Origin: Nitrospiraceae bacterium
Lineage (GTDB): Bacteria; Nitrospirota; Nitrospiria; Nitrospirales; Nitrospiraceae
Direction: 5' to 3'
NCBI GenBank assembly: GCA_037442105.1
Contig: JBBIQV010000001.1
Coordinates: forward strand, 124,001-172,358
Length of the DNA stretch: 48,358 nucleotides
The notes under the pieces were generated by a model, which was given only the letters and a program-made list of their open reading frames with translations, was not told the origin of the DNA and ran no database searches. A program made the translations under genes and the position numbers. Of this stretch, positions 1 to 13,082 are shown piece after piece. The first letter of the stretch is position 1. The number at the start of each line of letters is the position of its first letter.

Positions 1-360
1 GTGGTCCTGTGGAGAGAATTGGTTGCCGACTTGGTACACGTATCCAGGAGTGAATCCGCCCGCTTGCCTGTCCGAGGTACGACATAGGACGGCCGCACAC
101 TTCAAACAATGCTGAATCCCTTCCCACGAGACCTCCCCCGCCAGGTGTTGGATCACCCGAGTCGGCGTCTCGCACTGTTCCGGCATGAGAACTTTCCGTA
201 CTTCTGACACCAGTCGGTTCGCGTGGTCCGAGCGGGTCAGCTCCGACCCATCCAGCACCAGCACCAGAAGACCCAATGCCCGGACCGGATCTCCCTGCGC
301 CTCCTCCAACAGTCGTTGAGCGAAGGCTTGCACCTTGCTCTGAATATGTTGTTGGTCCAT
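1..360 (-). CDS. Hypothetical protein, partial (runs off window start)
   Basis: Hand-translated: ATG at 360 after AAGGA, open to position 1 (MDQQHIQSKVQAFAQRLLEEAQGDPVRALG...HCLKCAAVLC...). Absent from the ORF track because there is no stop in the window. Confidence 0.6.
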   Translation of the reverse strand, partial: MDQQHIQSKVQAFAQRLLEEAQGDPVRALGLLVLVLDGSELTRSDHANRLVSEVRKVLMPEQCETPTRVIQHLAGEVSWEGIQHCLKCAAVLCRTSDRQAGGFTPGYVYQVGNQFSPQDH

Positions 361-1337
361 CAGCAGAATCCTTTCGTCAGACTCCTCCTCACTACTTGCC
401 ATTGATGAGACGTGAAGCTGGCTGCCACCAGAGACGTTCCATCAAGTCTATCGGCTCTATTCTCCGAAACGTGAGCCGGACATCTATGAAAGTATAGCTC
501 ATACGAGAGAGAGGGAACCCGGAGGTCCTCCCGAAGAGAAAGTTGCACCATGTACAAGCAGGGTTTGGCCGGCAAAGCCTACGCTGGCAGTGTGTGAATC
601 AGGGCCATTTGGACAGTGCAAACTAGAGCCATAAGAATGGGATATATCATTCTTGACAATCATCAGCATCCTGTGGCATTGATGCCAGTACCCTACCATT
701 AATTGTAGGTTGAAGATCGGCTTATATCATCGTAATCGAGCGTATTGACCTATTATACATACCGTGCACCACATTTATTCTCGCAGTTCACGCACGCCGA
801 GCTTTTTCTTTCTGAGCACGGGTGCGTGTGTCCTCACAGCGTGGGCTCCACAATGTAACAAGGAGTAATTCTAACCCCACCACGGTCGAGATCTACGCGG
901 GAGGTGTCGTTACGGAGCGTGTAAACCTCACCTCGATGAAGACCCAACCTGGCCGTCCGGCGACGCAGGCGCTGGCAAAGTCGGTCACGACGCGGTCTCG
1001 CGTTCGTTTGGTCACTACCCCCTCCCCTTCTCGTAAAAAAGCTTGGATCAACCCACAAGCTGACCGGCAACGACGACTGAAGACACACCTCATTATTCTC
1101 CAATCATATGCAGGGCGGATCATGTAGCGACCGAGGAGAACGGCACATGTGCGGGCGCGGTTCGAGTCGACCATGCCAATTCCATAGGACCTACGCCGGA
1201 TCCCTACAGTTCGGAACGGCAATCTCTTCATCCTCTTCATCGTCACGCGCCCCGCCCAGGCTCTATAAGTTGCCCTGATTTGCTAAGCATTAACCACGTT
1301 GACCATCGAGCGCAGACTCGTGAGATGAGAGGAGCCT

Positions 1338-2102
1338 ATGGACACGACGCCCACTGATCTGATGAAGGATCTCGATAGCATCACGCAAACGTTCTCGCAG
1401 CTCAGTCAACGCCTCTCCGAAGTCGCTGACCAGGTTCGCACCCAAGGGATACCGCCCACTGAGGGGTTACTGGAAGAACTCGCCACCTCGCGGCGAAATT
1501 TTGCGGAACTCCGCGATCGGGCCATTGAGCTCGCCGGGTTGCTTACTGCGGCCCCCGCCAAGACACCGGAAGAAATCGGCTCCATCAAGGAACTCGAAGC
1601 CCTCCTCCAATCCGTCACAGAGGCGCAAGCGAAAAAGGCGACAGACGACAAGCTTCGCGAACGAGCCCTCACGGTCCTCGATCGCATCCTTTCACTCACG
1701 CATCGCGATCTGCCTGAATTTGCCCCATTGCTCGAATGCCAAGTGAAAGCCGAAGAGCTGCGGAACGCTGTCATGGCAACCGCCTGGCCTGACACTCACC
1801 CTGATACCTCTGCGCTCGCCCACGGGCGGCATCCGCTTGCCGAGCTGTTGACGCTGGTCGAAGGACACGACGATCTGGACGACGATCTGTGGCTTTTGTT
1901 GAAACACGCGGTGGCGGAAGGATTTGGAAAATCTCTGGCGTTGAGCGCAGCCCGCGGGAAGCTTCTCTTCGGAAGCCGACCGAACGGCCAAATGAATAGA
2001 CAAGTCCCAGCCCTGTTGGATGAGGAAGAGATCCCGCCGCTCGCTTTCACGGACGGCGAAGTCGCTGGTACGACCGCTGACGCGGCCAGCACGGCGGCCT
2101 AA
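1338..2102 (+). CDS. Hypothetical helical/coiled-coil protein
   Basis: 254-aa ORF with GAGGAG RBS and normal composition; no family recognised. Confidence 0.75.
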   Translation: MDTTPTDLMKDLDSITQTFSQLSQRLSEVADQVRTQGIPPTEGLLEELATSRRNFAELRDRAIELAGLLTAAPAKTPEEIGSIKELEALLQSVTEAQAKKATDDKLRERALTVLDRILSLTHRDLPEFAPLLECQVKAEELRNAVMATAWPDTHPDTSALAHGRHPLAELLTLVEGHDDLDDDLWLLLKHAVAEGFGKSLALSAARGKLLFGSRPNGQMNRQVPALLDEEEIPPLAFTDGEVAGTTADAASTAA

Positions 2103-2157
2103 CGGAGGCTTCGCGGCATCAGGTAAGTCTGAAGCGGTGGCAGGCTGTGCGGAAAGT

Positions 2158-2234
2158 TGGGGTGAGTGACGGGTTTCGAACCCGCAACCTCTGGAGCCAC
2201 AGTCCAGCGCTCTAACCGTTGAGCTACACCCACC
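2158..2234 (-). tRNA. tRNA-His (GUG)
   Basis: Reverse complement GGTGGGTGTAGCTCAACGGTTAGAGCGCTGGACTGTGGCTCCAGAGGTTGCGGGTTCGAAACCCGTCACTCACCCCA: cloverleaf, GTG anticodon, G-1:C73, encoded CCA. Confidence 0.97.
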
Positions 2235-2260
2235 ACTCGGCTTTGATCAGGCAGGTAGCC

Positions 2261-2290
2261 ATCTTAACAAAGCGGCGGGAAGGGTCGCAA
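2261..2290 (-). promoter_or_regulatory. Putative sigma70 promoter of tRNA-His
   Basis: TTGCGA-18 nt-TAAGAT with extended TG, ~26 nt upstream of the tRNA. Confidence 0.5.
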
Positions 2291-2304
2291 CCGGACACGT
2301 TTCT

Positions 2305-3021
2305 CTAGTTACCTCGGGCATCGAAAGCCACTTGCATTTCTGCGAGAATTGACTCCACAGCCTGAGCAGGATGACCGGCATCGCGAATCGGACGGCCGAT
2401 TACCAAATAATCCGAGCCTGCGGCGATCGCCTGTGTCGGCGTCGTAACACGGGCATGATCATGCACTCCTTGACCGACCGGTCGCACACCGGGCGTCACG
2501 ATGACGAGTTGCGTTCCCACCTTCTGACGAATCGCCGCCGGCTCTTCGCCCGACGCCACCACCCCGTCACAGCCCATGGTCGCAGCCAAGGTTGCTCGGG
2601 CCGTGACCAACTCCACAACGCTTAGTTGTATCCCCATATCCCGCAGGTCGTTGCCGTCAAAGTTCGTGAGCACCGTCACGGCAAGCAGACGTAAGGACGA
2701 ATCCCCGCGCCCCTGCACGGCGGCAGCCAACGCCTTTCGATTGGCATGAATGGTCAGAAAGTCGACGCCCATCGAGGCGACGCGCTCCGTCGCTCGTCTA
2801 ACGGTTTCTTCGATATCCAAGAATTTCAGATCCAGAAACACTTGGAGTCCACGCGCGCGCAAGCGCTGCACGAGCTCGGGACCAGCCGCAGTATAGAGTT
2901 CAAGCCCCACCTTTACGAATTGAACCTGCCCATCCAATCGATCGAGTAGTCGCTCGGCGTCCGATGCCGACGGCACATCCAAGGCCAGGATCAGCCGGTC
3001 ACGCGCGTTGATTCGAGCCAT
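2305..3021 (-). CDS. pyrF: Orotidine-5'-phosphate decarboxylase
   Basis: LILALD, VKVG, FLDLKFLDI (DxKxxDI), VTPGVR and VIGRPI motifs. Confidence 0.96.
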   Translation of the reverse strand: MARINARDRLILALDVPSASDAERLLDRLDGQVQFVKVGLELYTAAGPELVQRLRARGLQVFLDLKFLDIEETVRRATERVASMGVDFLTIHANRKALAAAVQGRGDSSLRLLAVTVLTNFDGNDLRDMGIQLSVVELVTARATLAATMGCDGVVASGEEPAAIRQKVGTQLVIVTPGVRPVGQGVHDHARVTTPTQAIAAGSDYLVIGRPIRDAGHPAQAVESILAEMQVAFDARGN

Positions 3022-3110
3022 CTTGTCTCTCCTGCTGAGGCGCCGTTCGTCTTGACCAACTCAGGAGTCCTATGTTAGAAAACTTACCTTTCTTAGGAAG
3101 GAGAAGGACG

Positions 3111-3389
3111 ATGCCTGTTGTTCACAAATCCACGATTCGTCGGGCGCGACAATCCGAGAAACGCCGCCTACTCAATCGAGGTACGTTGAGTGCCGTGAAA
3201 AATCTCGTCAAGAAAGTCGAGACCGCCCTTGACGCGAAAAATGCGGACAGCGCGAAAGCCTCGTTCCGTGAGGCCGTATCGGCGCTGGGCAAGGCCGTCA
3301 CCAAGGGGGTGCTCAAGCGGAACACGGCCTCCCGGCGGATCTCTCGACTGGCCCTCAAGGTGAACGCGCTCACCGCTTCACGCTCCTAA
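3111..3389 (+). CDS. rpsT: 30S ribosomal protein S20
   Basis: MPVVHKSTIRRARQSEKRR...KAVTKGVLKRNTASRRISRL; start moved to ATG 3111 after AGGAG/AAGGA. Confidence 0.95.
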   Translation: MPVVHKSTIRRARQSEKRRLLNRGTLSAVKNLVKKVETALDAKNADSAKASFREAVSALGKAVTKGVLKRNTASRRISRLALKVNALTASRS

Positions 3390-4461
3390 TCGTTCTCACG
3401 TTCGAAACCGGGCGCCCGGCAGACGGTCGAGACACACGGCCTGCTGGGACAGGCGGCACGACCGTATCCCGGTGACGCTCGCAGAGCGTCAGCAGGAGCG
3501 ATTCCAGAATCAGCGATCCCGACCCGCCACTACCCCCTTTCAATTTGGAATCCGTTTCCAGAAACAGCCGGAAAGCTTCCTTCAAGTGACTGTCCGTGAA
3601 GGAGCCTACGAATGATCGGACATGAACGGGATCCATTCGAAGTGTGCGGGCCGCTTCACCTTCCCGGCCTCCTTGCCGGACCAGGTCTTTCACTTTCCAA
3701 AGACGCCGGTACTGCCAGACCAGCGCACCGAGAATACGCAGCGGGGCTTCACCGGCTTCCAGGTTACGCGCGAGAATCCACACCGCTCGTCCTCGGTCCC
3801 GCGCCGCGATGGCTTCCGTGAGATCGAAGACTGACGCGCCCGGCTCGGTTCCCCGGAGCAGTTCCACATCGGCGGCGCGCGCGACTTGACCGGTAGGCAG
3901 ATACGCCGCCAGCTTTTCCAGCTCACGTCGCAGAGCATACAAGGATTCCCCACTCCCGTCCTTGAGAGCAGCAGCCGCCTGCTCGTCGAGACCGACGTCG
4001 AGAGACCTCGCTTCCTGGTAGATCCAAGTTGTCAGTTGCGGGCCTTTGAGCGGGGAGCACTCAACGATCACCGCAGACTGCGACAGCCGTTGGGCAAACT
4101 TGAGCCGTCCGTCCAACTTGGATGCGACGAAGCAGAGCGTGGTCGAGTCGCAAGGCGCGGCAAGATACGCCAGGAAACTCTCGCCCTCACGGGCCGGCAC
4201 TTTGTCGGCAGACTTAAGCACAACAAGACGGCGCGCGGCGAACACGGGGATTTCTGATGCGCACGAAATCACGTCGGAGGCCGCCGCCTCGTCTCCGTGA
4301 AAAACATCGTGGGTGAATTCGTCTCCGCCCCCGTCGCCCAAGACCGCGCTTCTGATAATCGTCAAGGCCCGGTCGCGAAGATAGTCTTCCTCCCCCAGCA
4401 CCAGATACACTGGGGCTGGGGGCGCGTGGCGGAGCGACGCTTCCAGCTCATGGCATTTCAT
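3370..4461 (-). CDS. holA: DNA polymerase III delta subunit
   Basis: PVYLVLGEEDYL, ELEKL and SVFDLTEAI motifs; lies in the conserved leuS-lptE-holA order. Start MKCHELE at 4461; 3' end overlaps convergent rpsT by 20 nt. Confidence 0.92.
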   Translation of the reverse strand: MKCHELEASLRHAPPAPVYLVLGEEDYLRDRALTIIRSAVLGDGGGDEFTHDVFHGDEAAASDVISCASEIPVFAARRLVVLKSADKVPAREGESFLAYLAAPCDSTTLCFVASKLDGRLKFAQRLSQSAVIVECSPLKGPQLTTWIYQEARSLDVGLDEQAAAALKDGSGESLYALRRELEKLAAYLPTGQVARAADVELLRGTEPGASVFDLTEAIAARDRGRAVWILARNLEAGEAPLRILGALVWQYRRLWKVKDLVRQGGREGEAARTLRMDPVHVRSFVGSFTDSHLKEAFRLFLETDSKLKGGSGGSGSLILESLLLTLCERHRDTVVPPVPAGRVSRPSAGRPVSNVRTIRSVKR

Positions 4462-4495
4462 GCGTCTGCCCTCACACCGAGATGTCGCACAATAC

Positions 4496-5113
4496 TCACC
4501 GAGGGATTGTCCCACTTGGTCCGACGGCAGGTGACACGGATGAGCCGGTGGCCGCCACAGCGGCCTGCTTCGACTCCAGATAAAGCAGGAAGCGTGACGC
4601 CAGATCTTCAGCGACCAACCGACCGGCTTGCTCCATCGCGCGATTCTGCAGCACCCGATTGAACTGCAAGTCCGCCGTGAGGAAAAATTCCGCTGCACCT
4701 TTCGCCGTTTGCGTCCAGACGACCTTCTTGGTCCGCATTTCTTCAACCTTCACGACCACGGTCACCTCGGCCCGGCTTTCAAAGGTCGCCGTCTGGTTGA
4801 AACTGAGCGTGGGGATACCCACGGACACGATCTGTCCCGTCATCACGAGATCCGCAGACTCCGAGTCGGAGACCACCTGCGCGCCGCTACCGGCTGAGAA
4901 TTCATGGCGCACGTAGTTGGTGAACCGCGCCTCAAGATTGGGCTCAAAGCTCTTATTTTCCAGCACGCGAATCAGCAAGCGAGGCGGCGGTTCTTGCGGC
5001 GCGGCCGTCATAGGCCCCCCGATGGTCGGCCCAGCGCCTTCGACACGGAACTGGTAACCGCAGCCGACAGAGACCAGCAGCGCACAGCCAATAGCTAACA
5101 GCAGACCACGCAT
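4496..5113 (-). CDS. lptE: LPS assembly lipoprotein LptE
   Basis: Lipobox VG-CGYQF after a signal peptide; lies between leuS and holA. Confidence 0.85.
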   Translation of the reverse strand: MRGLLLAIGCALLVSVGCGYQFRVEGAGPTIGGPMTAAPQEPPPRLLIRVLENKSFEPNLEARFTNYVRHEFSAGSGAQVVSDSESADLVMTGQIVSVGIPTLSFNQTATFESRAEVTVVVKVEEMRTKKVVWTQTAKGAAEFFLTADLQFNRVLQNRAMEQAGRLVAEDLASRFLLYLESKQAAVAATGSSVSPAVGPSGTIPR

Positions 5114-5188
5114 GGCACTCAGACAAGCGAACAACCAACGACGGAGACTTGATGCTACTCGCTGCAAGCTGCTCGCTATTCGCTTCCC

Positions 5189-7624
5189 CTAGACTACAAA
5201 GTTGATCAGTTTCTTATCGACGTAGATCACTTTCTTCGGTTCTTTGCCTTGAAGCCATTCGGCAATCTGTCGCCTGGACAGCGCCTCGACCTGTTCGCGC
5301 GGCGTGGCAATCCCGACCTCGATCTTCCCCCGCAACTTCCCGTTCACCTGAATCGGAATCTCGAGCCGGTCGCTGATGACCAAGGCCGGATCGAAGCTGG
5401 GCCAGGGCTGCTGCGAGACACTCGGTTGACGACCAAGCCGTTCCCAGAGTTCTTCCGAGAGATGCGGGGCAAAGGGGCTCAGCAACAGAACGAAGGGCTC
5501 CAGAAGCGCGCGCGGCCGTTGGTCCGACTTGGTCAGCTCATTGGTAAACACCATCATCTGAGCGATCGCCGTGTTGAACCGCAAACCCTCGATGTCCTCC
5601 GTCACCTTTTTGATCGTCTGGTGCAGGAGCCGCTGTTGCTCCAGCGTCGGTTCCATCCCGCTCACCGCGCCCGTCATCTCACCATCTTCGGTCAGCATGA
5701 GGCGCCAGACCCGTTCGAGAAACCGGGTCACCCCTTCGACCCCTCTTGTGCTCCAGGGTTTCATGGCCTCCAGCGGACCCATAAACATTTCATAGAGACG
5801 CACGGCATCAGCGCCGAACTGGTCCATCATCTCGTCTGGATTGACGACGTTGCCGCGGGATTTGGACATCTTCTGGTTGTCTTCGCCGAGCACGATGCCC
5901 TGATGGACTAACTTCCGGAACGGTTCAGGCGTACTCACCACGCCGACGTCGTACAGCACCTTGTGCCAGAAACGCGAATAGAGGAGGTGTAGCACGGCAT
6001 GTTCGCTGCCGCCGACGTACAAATCCACCGGCATCCAATAGCGTTCCTTGGCGGGATCGACGAGCTGTGCCTGGTTTTTGGGATCGATGAAGCGGAGGTA
6101 GTACCAACAGGAGCCGGCCCACTGCGGCATGGTGTTCGTTTCACGGCGCGCCGGCTTGCCGGTTGCAGGGTCTGTCGTGCGCAACCAGTCCTCTAGATTT
6201 GCGAGCGGGCTCTCACCGGTTCCAGACGGCTTGAAGTTGTTCGTCTCCGGCAAGCGCAACGGCAACTGCTCTTCCGGCAGCGGGCGCGGTTCGCCATCCA
6301 CCCACACGATCGGAAAGGGCTCGCCCCAGTAGCGTTGCCGCGCGAACAGCCAGTCGCGCAGTTTGTAATTGACCGCTTTCGTCCCCCGGCCCTTGCTCTC
6401 CAGCCAGGCCGTGATCTTGGGAATCGCGTCAGCCGGGGTCAATCCGTTGATCGAGAAGGAGCCATCGGGCGTGGTGGAATTTACTACCACTCCCCGTTCC
6501 GTCTCGACATAGGCTTCCTGCTCGACGTTCCCACCCGCGATGACTTCCCTGATCGGCAATTGGTATGCGCGGGCGAAGGCCCAGTCTCGCTCGTCATGCG
6601 CGGGGACCGCCATGATGGCGCCCGTCCCGTAACTCATCAACACATAGTCGGCGATCCAAATCGGCAGCCGCTCGCCGTTGACAGGATTGATCGCATAGCC
6701 GCCCGTGAACACGCCGGTCTTTTCTTTTTCCAACTCCTGTCGCTGCAACTCGCTCTTGCGCGCGGTGGTCTCCCGGTAGGCGATCACTTCGGCCCAGCGG
6801 TCAGCCGTTGTTACCACATCGACCAACGGATGCTCCGGCGCCATCACCATATAGGTGGCGCCGAACAAGGTATCAGGCCTGGTTGTGAAGACCCGGATCG
6901 TTCCGTTCTTGTCGGCGAGCGCGAAGTCCACTTCCGCGCCGATCGAGCGCCCGATCCAATTTTTCTGCATCTCAAGCGTGCTCGCCGGCCAGTCCACCAG
7001 CTTGAGGTCTTCCAGCAGGCGCTCCGCATAAGCCGTGATCTTCAACACCCACTGCCGCATCGGCTTCCGGACGACTTCGAAGCCCCCGACCTCGCTCTTG
7101 CCGTCGATGATCTCTTCGTTGGCCAGCACGGTCCCCAGCGCGGGACACCAATTGACCGGCACCTCGGCCACATAGGCCAGTCCCCGTTCATAGAGTTTCA
7201 AAAAAATCCATTGCGTCCAGCGATAGTAGTCGGGATCGGTGGTGCTGAGTTCGCGCTCCCAATCGTAGGACAGCCCGACCCGCTTCATCTGCCGTTTGAA
7301 CGTGGCGATGTTTTGCGCGGTGGTGATCGCGGGATGCACGCCGGTCTTCACGGCATACTGTTCTGCGGGCAACCCAAAGGCATCCCACCCCATCGGATGC
7401 AAGACATTGAATCCGCACATGCGTTTGTAGCGGGAGACGATGTCGGTCGCGGTGTACCCCTCCAGGTGTCCGACGTGCAGGCCCGACCCCGAGGGGTAGG
7501 GAAACATGTCAAGACAGTAAAACTTGGGCTTCGTGGGATCGTCCGTAACGCGAAACGTCCGGTGTTGTTCCCAATAGGCCTGCCACTTCGCCTCGATGGC
7601 GTGATGATCGTAGGTCTTACTCAT
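5189..7624 (-). CDS. leuS: Leucine--tRNA ligase
   Basis: [14 protein letters not shown] (HIGH), [27 protein letters not shown] and QVNGKLRG motifs. Confidence 0.98.
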   Translation of the reverse strand: MSKTYDHHAIEAKWQAYWEQHRTFRVTDDPTKPKFYCLDMFPYPSGSGLHVGHLEGYTATDIVSRYKRMCGFNVLHPMGWDAFGLPAEQYAVKTGVHPAITTAQNIATFKRQMKRVGLSYDWERELSTTDPDYYRWTQWIFLKLYERGLAYVAEVPVNWCPALGTVLANEEIIDGKSEVGGFEVVRKPMRQWVLKITAYAERLLEDLKLVDWPASTLEMQKNWIGRSIGAEVDFALADKNGTIRVFTTRPDTLFGATYMVMAPEHPLVDVVTTADRWAEVIAYRETTARKSELQRQELEKEKTGVFTGGYAINPVNGERLPIWIADYVLMSYGTGAIMAVPAHDERDWAFARAYQLPIREVIAGGNVEQEAYVETERGVVVNSTTPDGSFSINGLTPADAIPKITAWLESKGRGTKAVNYKLRDWLFARQRYWGEPFPIVWVDGEPRPLPEEQLPLRLPETNNFKPSGTGESPLANLEDWLRTTDPATGKPARRETNTMPQWAGSCWYYLRFIDPKNQAQLVDPAKERYWMPVDLYVGGSEHAVLHLLYSRFWHKVLYDVGVVSTPEPFRKLVHQGIVLGEDNQKMSKSRGNVVNPDEMMDQFGADAVRLYEMFMGPLEAMKPWSTRGVEGVTRFLERVWRLMLTEDGEMTGAVSGMEPTLEQQRLLHQTIKKVTEDIEGLRFNTAIAQMMVFTNELTKSDQRPRALLEPFVLLLSPFAPHLSEELWERLGRQPSVSQQPWPSFDPALVISDRLEIPIQVNGKLRGKIEVGIATPREQVEALSRRQIAEWLQGKEPKKVIYVDKKLINFVV

Positions 7625-7716
7625 GGGAACCAAGAATGGTCAGAAAGTGATCAAGTCGGAAAGTCATCAAGTCTGAGACGTTCGACTTTCGGACTTTCAG
7701 ACTGAGATCGCAAGCG

Positions 7717-7745
7717 AATCTAACATAGCGCGGAAGGGGTCACAA
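7717..7745 (-). promoter_or_regulatory. Putative sigma70 promoter of the leuS operon
   Basis: TTGTGA-17 nt-TAGATT with extended TG. Confidence 0.5.
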
Positions 7746-7793
7746 GATTAGGCGCATCGTGACCGGTTCGGTTTGCTATACTGACGCAGAACG

Positions 7794-8408
7794 ATGGGAT
7801 TTTACGGCGAGCAGATCTTCCCGCGCCTCATGGACTGGATCATGGGTGGGGAAGAATTTCAACACGAGCGGCGGCGCCTGCTCGCTCAAACGCACGGTGA
7901 GGTGCTGGAGATCGGGCTCGGCACAGGGCTCAATCTTCCCTACTACCCCAAGAACCTCTCCTGGCTCCACGCCGTCGATCCTGCCAACCTTCTTCCGGAG
8001 CGAATCGTGGAGCGCAGCGCCGGAGCCTCGTTCCCCATTCGCATCCGGCGGGTCAGCGCCGAAACCCTTCCATTCAACGACCACGCCTTCGATTGCGTCG
8101 TCAGCACCTGGACCCTCTGCACAATTCCCGATCCCGTCAAAGCGCTACGAGAAGTCCGCCGCGTGCTGAAACCGGACGGGACCTTTCTCTTTCTCGAACA
8201 TGGCCGGAGCGAGGACGGAAAAATCGCGACGTGGCAGGATCGCCTCAATCCGATCCAGCGCATCATCGCCTGCGGGTGCAACCTGAACCGGCCGATCGAT
8301 CGGTTGATCGCGCAGGCAGGCCTCAAGATCGCCACCCTCGACCGCTTTGTCATGCCGAGAGTGCCACGTCTCGGCGCGGAGATGTACCGAGGCGCCGCCA
8401 AACCATAA
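7794..8408 (+). CDS. Class I SAM-dependent methyltransferase
   Basis: VLEIGLGTG, AETLPF..FDCVV and RVLKPDG motifs. Confidence 0.9.
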   Translation: MGFYGEQIFPRLMDWIMGGEEFQHERRRLLAQTHGEVLEIGLGTGLNLPYYPKNLSWLHAVDPANLLPERIVERSAGASFPIRIRRVSAETLPFNDHAFDCVVSTWTLCTIPDPVKALREVRRVLKPDGTFLFLEHGRSEDGKIATWQDRLNPIQRIIACGCNLNRPIDRLIAQAGLKIATLDRFVMPRVPRLGAEMYRGAAKP

Positions 8409-8557
8409 CCGCCGCGGCGCTCACAGCGCCGATCCGCCACCCAGCACAGAGCCACGCTTAGGAATAGGACTTATAAGTATCTGTCCGTTCAGCGCGGCGC
8501 AGCTTTTCGTCTGTGGATTGGTCGGTTGATTTTCCACACAATGCCTCCGTGAGCGAA

Positions 8558-8992
8558 ATGGAGAACATCGTTCCCAGACTCGGTCGGAGAATTCGTGAGT
8601 TGCGAAAGAACATCGGGTTCACACAGGAGGAGCTTGGCGAACGAGCCAATCTTCATCAGACCTATATCGGCGGGGTGGAGCGAGGAGAACGGAATGTCTC
8701 TCTGACGACGCTCATCAAGCTGGCTGAAGCGTTGCACATCTCCCTCGCCGACCTCTTCATCGACCACAAAAAAACCGGCCAACCTTTGGGGGATCTGAAG
8801 GCCCTCATCATGGACAAAGACCACCGCTTGGAGACGTTCTTCAATGCTTGCTGCGCCTCCTGTAAGCACCTCAACAGTTTTCTTCGCCTTGACGAGAACG
8901 TCGACGCCTCAACCTTTTTCGCGATCTGCTGCAAGAACTGCGAACCCTATCGGAAGTTCCGCCGGCATGTGACGACGCGGCCGGCGCCGTAA
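8558..8992 (+). CDS. XRE-family HTH regulator with duplicated Cys-rich C-terminal motif
   Basis: LGRRIRELRK...TQEELGERANLHQTYIGGVERGERNVSL; C-terminal FFNACCASC and FFAICCKNC. Confidence 0.85.
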   Translation: MENIVPRLGRRIRELRKNIGFTQEELGERANLHQTYIGGVERGERNVSLTTLIKLAEALHISLADLFIDHKKTGQPLGDLKALIMDKDHRLETFFNACCASCKHLNSFLRLDENVDASTFFAICCKNCEPYRKFRRHVTTRPAP

Positions 8993-9011
8993 ACCTACGG
9001 CTGACAGGACC

Positions 9012-9035
9012 GGCCTGTCTGCCGGACAGGCAGGC
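9012..9035. repeat. Short GC-rich palindrome (REP-like or terminator-like)
   Basis: GCCTGTCTG-CCGGA-CAGGCAGGC hairpin between the XRE gene and the kinase. Confidence 0.35.
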
Positions 9036-9071
9036 TCGTGCACGGCACATCCGCCGGAAGGAGAGACGTCG

Positions 9072-12155
<3,084 letters not shown>

Positions 12156-12240
12156 CAGCCAACGCACTGGCTTGAACCCCGCAAGTGGGCGAGGCCCCCG
12201 ACATCCCGCCGCCTCTCGCCGAGGAGCAGGGCCCGAGCGA

Positions 12241-12927
12241 TCAGGGCTTCATGAGGGAGCGGAAATTCTCGATGGATGCGTAGCGGGACGACGGTTCCGG
12301 CGGAAGCCGCGAGCTCGACTTCGCACTATGGTAAAGGTGGCCGATCCCGAACTGCTGCGCCGCAGTCAGACACCCTTCGTCATCGTCGATGTAGAGAGAC
12401 CGCTTCGGATTGAAACCGACGAGCCGCTGACAGCTCGGCCAGTATTCATGCCGCATTTTCAGATAGCCGACCTCGAAGGCGTTGACGATTCGATCCACCT
12501 GCCGATCCACGCCGGTTTTGGCCACCTTGATGTCCACCCCCGATTGATGGGCGTTGGTGAGGATCGTGATACGTTTGCCAAGCCGGCGCAGGTACCGGAG
12601 AAACTCCTCCGCGCCGGGCAGGTAGTCGATCATGCCGTCCAGTTCTTTCGTCATCGCGACCACGTCGATGCCGATCCGTGTTGTCCAATAGTGCAAGTCG
12701 GTCCATTGGAGTTCTTGCTCGACCGACCGGTACATGCTCATGAGGCGGTCACGGGCCTCTTCAAACGCCAACCCGCGCATGGCAGCGTACCGCCGCGGCA
12801 GTTCTTCTTCAAAAAAGAAATTGTCGAAGTGGCGGTCGAGGAGCGTCCCGTCCATGTCGAGCAACACGTTGTCGATTTGAGACCAATCGAAGTCGTGATG
12901 GCTGATGGGTGATGGGTGATGGGTCAT
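12241..12927 (-). CDS. HAD-superfamily hydrolase, YrfG-like GMP/IMP nucleotidase
   Basis: VLLDMDGTLLDRHFDNFF, LTNAH and YIDD motifs. Confidence 0.85.
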   Translation of the reverse strand: MTHHPSPISHHDFDWSQIDNVLLDMDGTLLDRHFDNFFFEEELPRRYAAMRGLAFEEARDRLMSMYRSVEQELQWTDLHYWTTRIGIDVVAMTKELDGMIDYLPGAEEFLRYLRRLGKRITILTNAHQSGVDIKVAKTGVDRQVDRIVNAFEVGYLKMRHEYWPSCQRLVGFNPKRSLYIDDDEGCLTAAQQFGIGHLYHSAKSSSRLPPEPSSRYASIENFRSLMKP

Positions 12928-13082
12928 CGGATGCTCAGTATACCTCAGCCGGCCGGGAGCGGCGAGGGCCTGTTGTGCTCATGAAAACCGGTGTGATACG
13001 GTCCATGGGGCTTCTGGATATCCAACGAATGTTCCGCTGATCATGGCATCTCACTCATCACCCATCACCCATCACCCATTAC
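12896..13082. repeat. Inverted pair of heptamer tracts (TGATGGG)n / (CCCATCA)n
   Basis: Tracts flank the divergent HAD/der promoter region and encode the His/Pro-rich N-termini MTHHPSPISHH and MASHSSPITHHP. Confidence 0.8.

Noticed and set aside
1270..1285. Possible sigma54 promoter (also ~19785-19800)
   Set aside because: Lacks a correctly spaced GG-N10-GC.
4462..4746. 95-aa N-terminal extension of HolA in the ORF track
   Set aside because: Overlaps lptE in another frame; HolA similarity starts at MKCHELE (4461).
6335..7705. Long antisense ORFs (also 9915-11486, 13079-14491, 26940-28343, 42389-43723)
   Set aside because: Shadow frames opposite well-supported genes, expected with GC-rich codon usage; no motifs.
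12165..12240. GC-rich intergenic stretch (and 1141-1170, 44660-44690) as more hairpin-family copies
   Set aside because: Small stems are present but the TGC-G-N4-TC-N4-GA core is absent.
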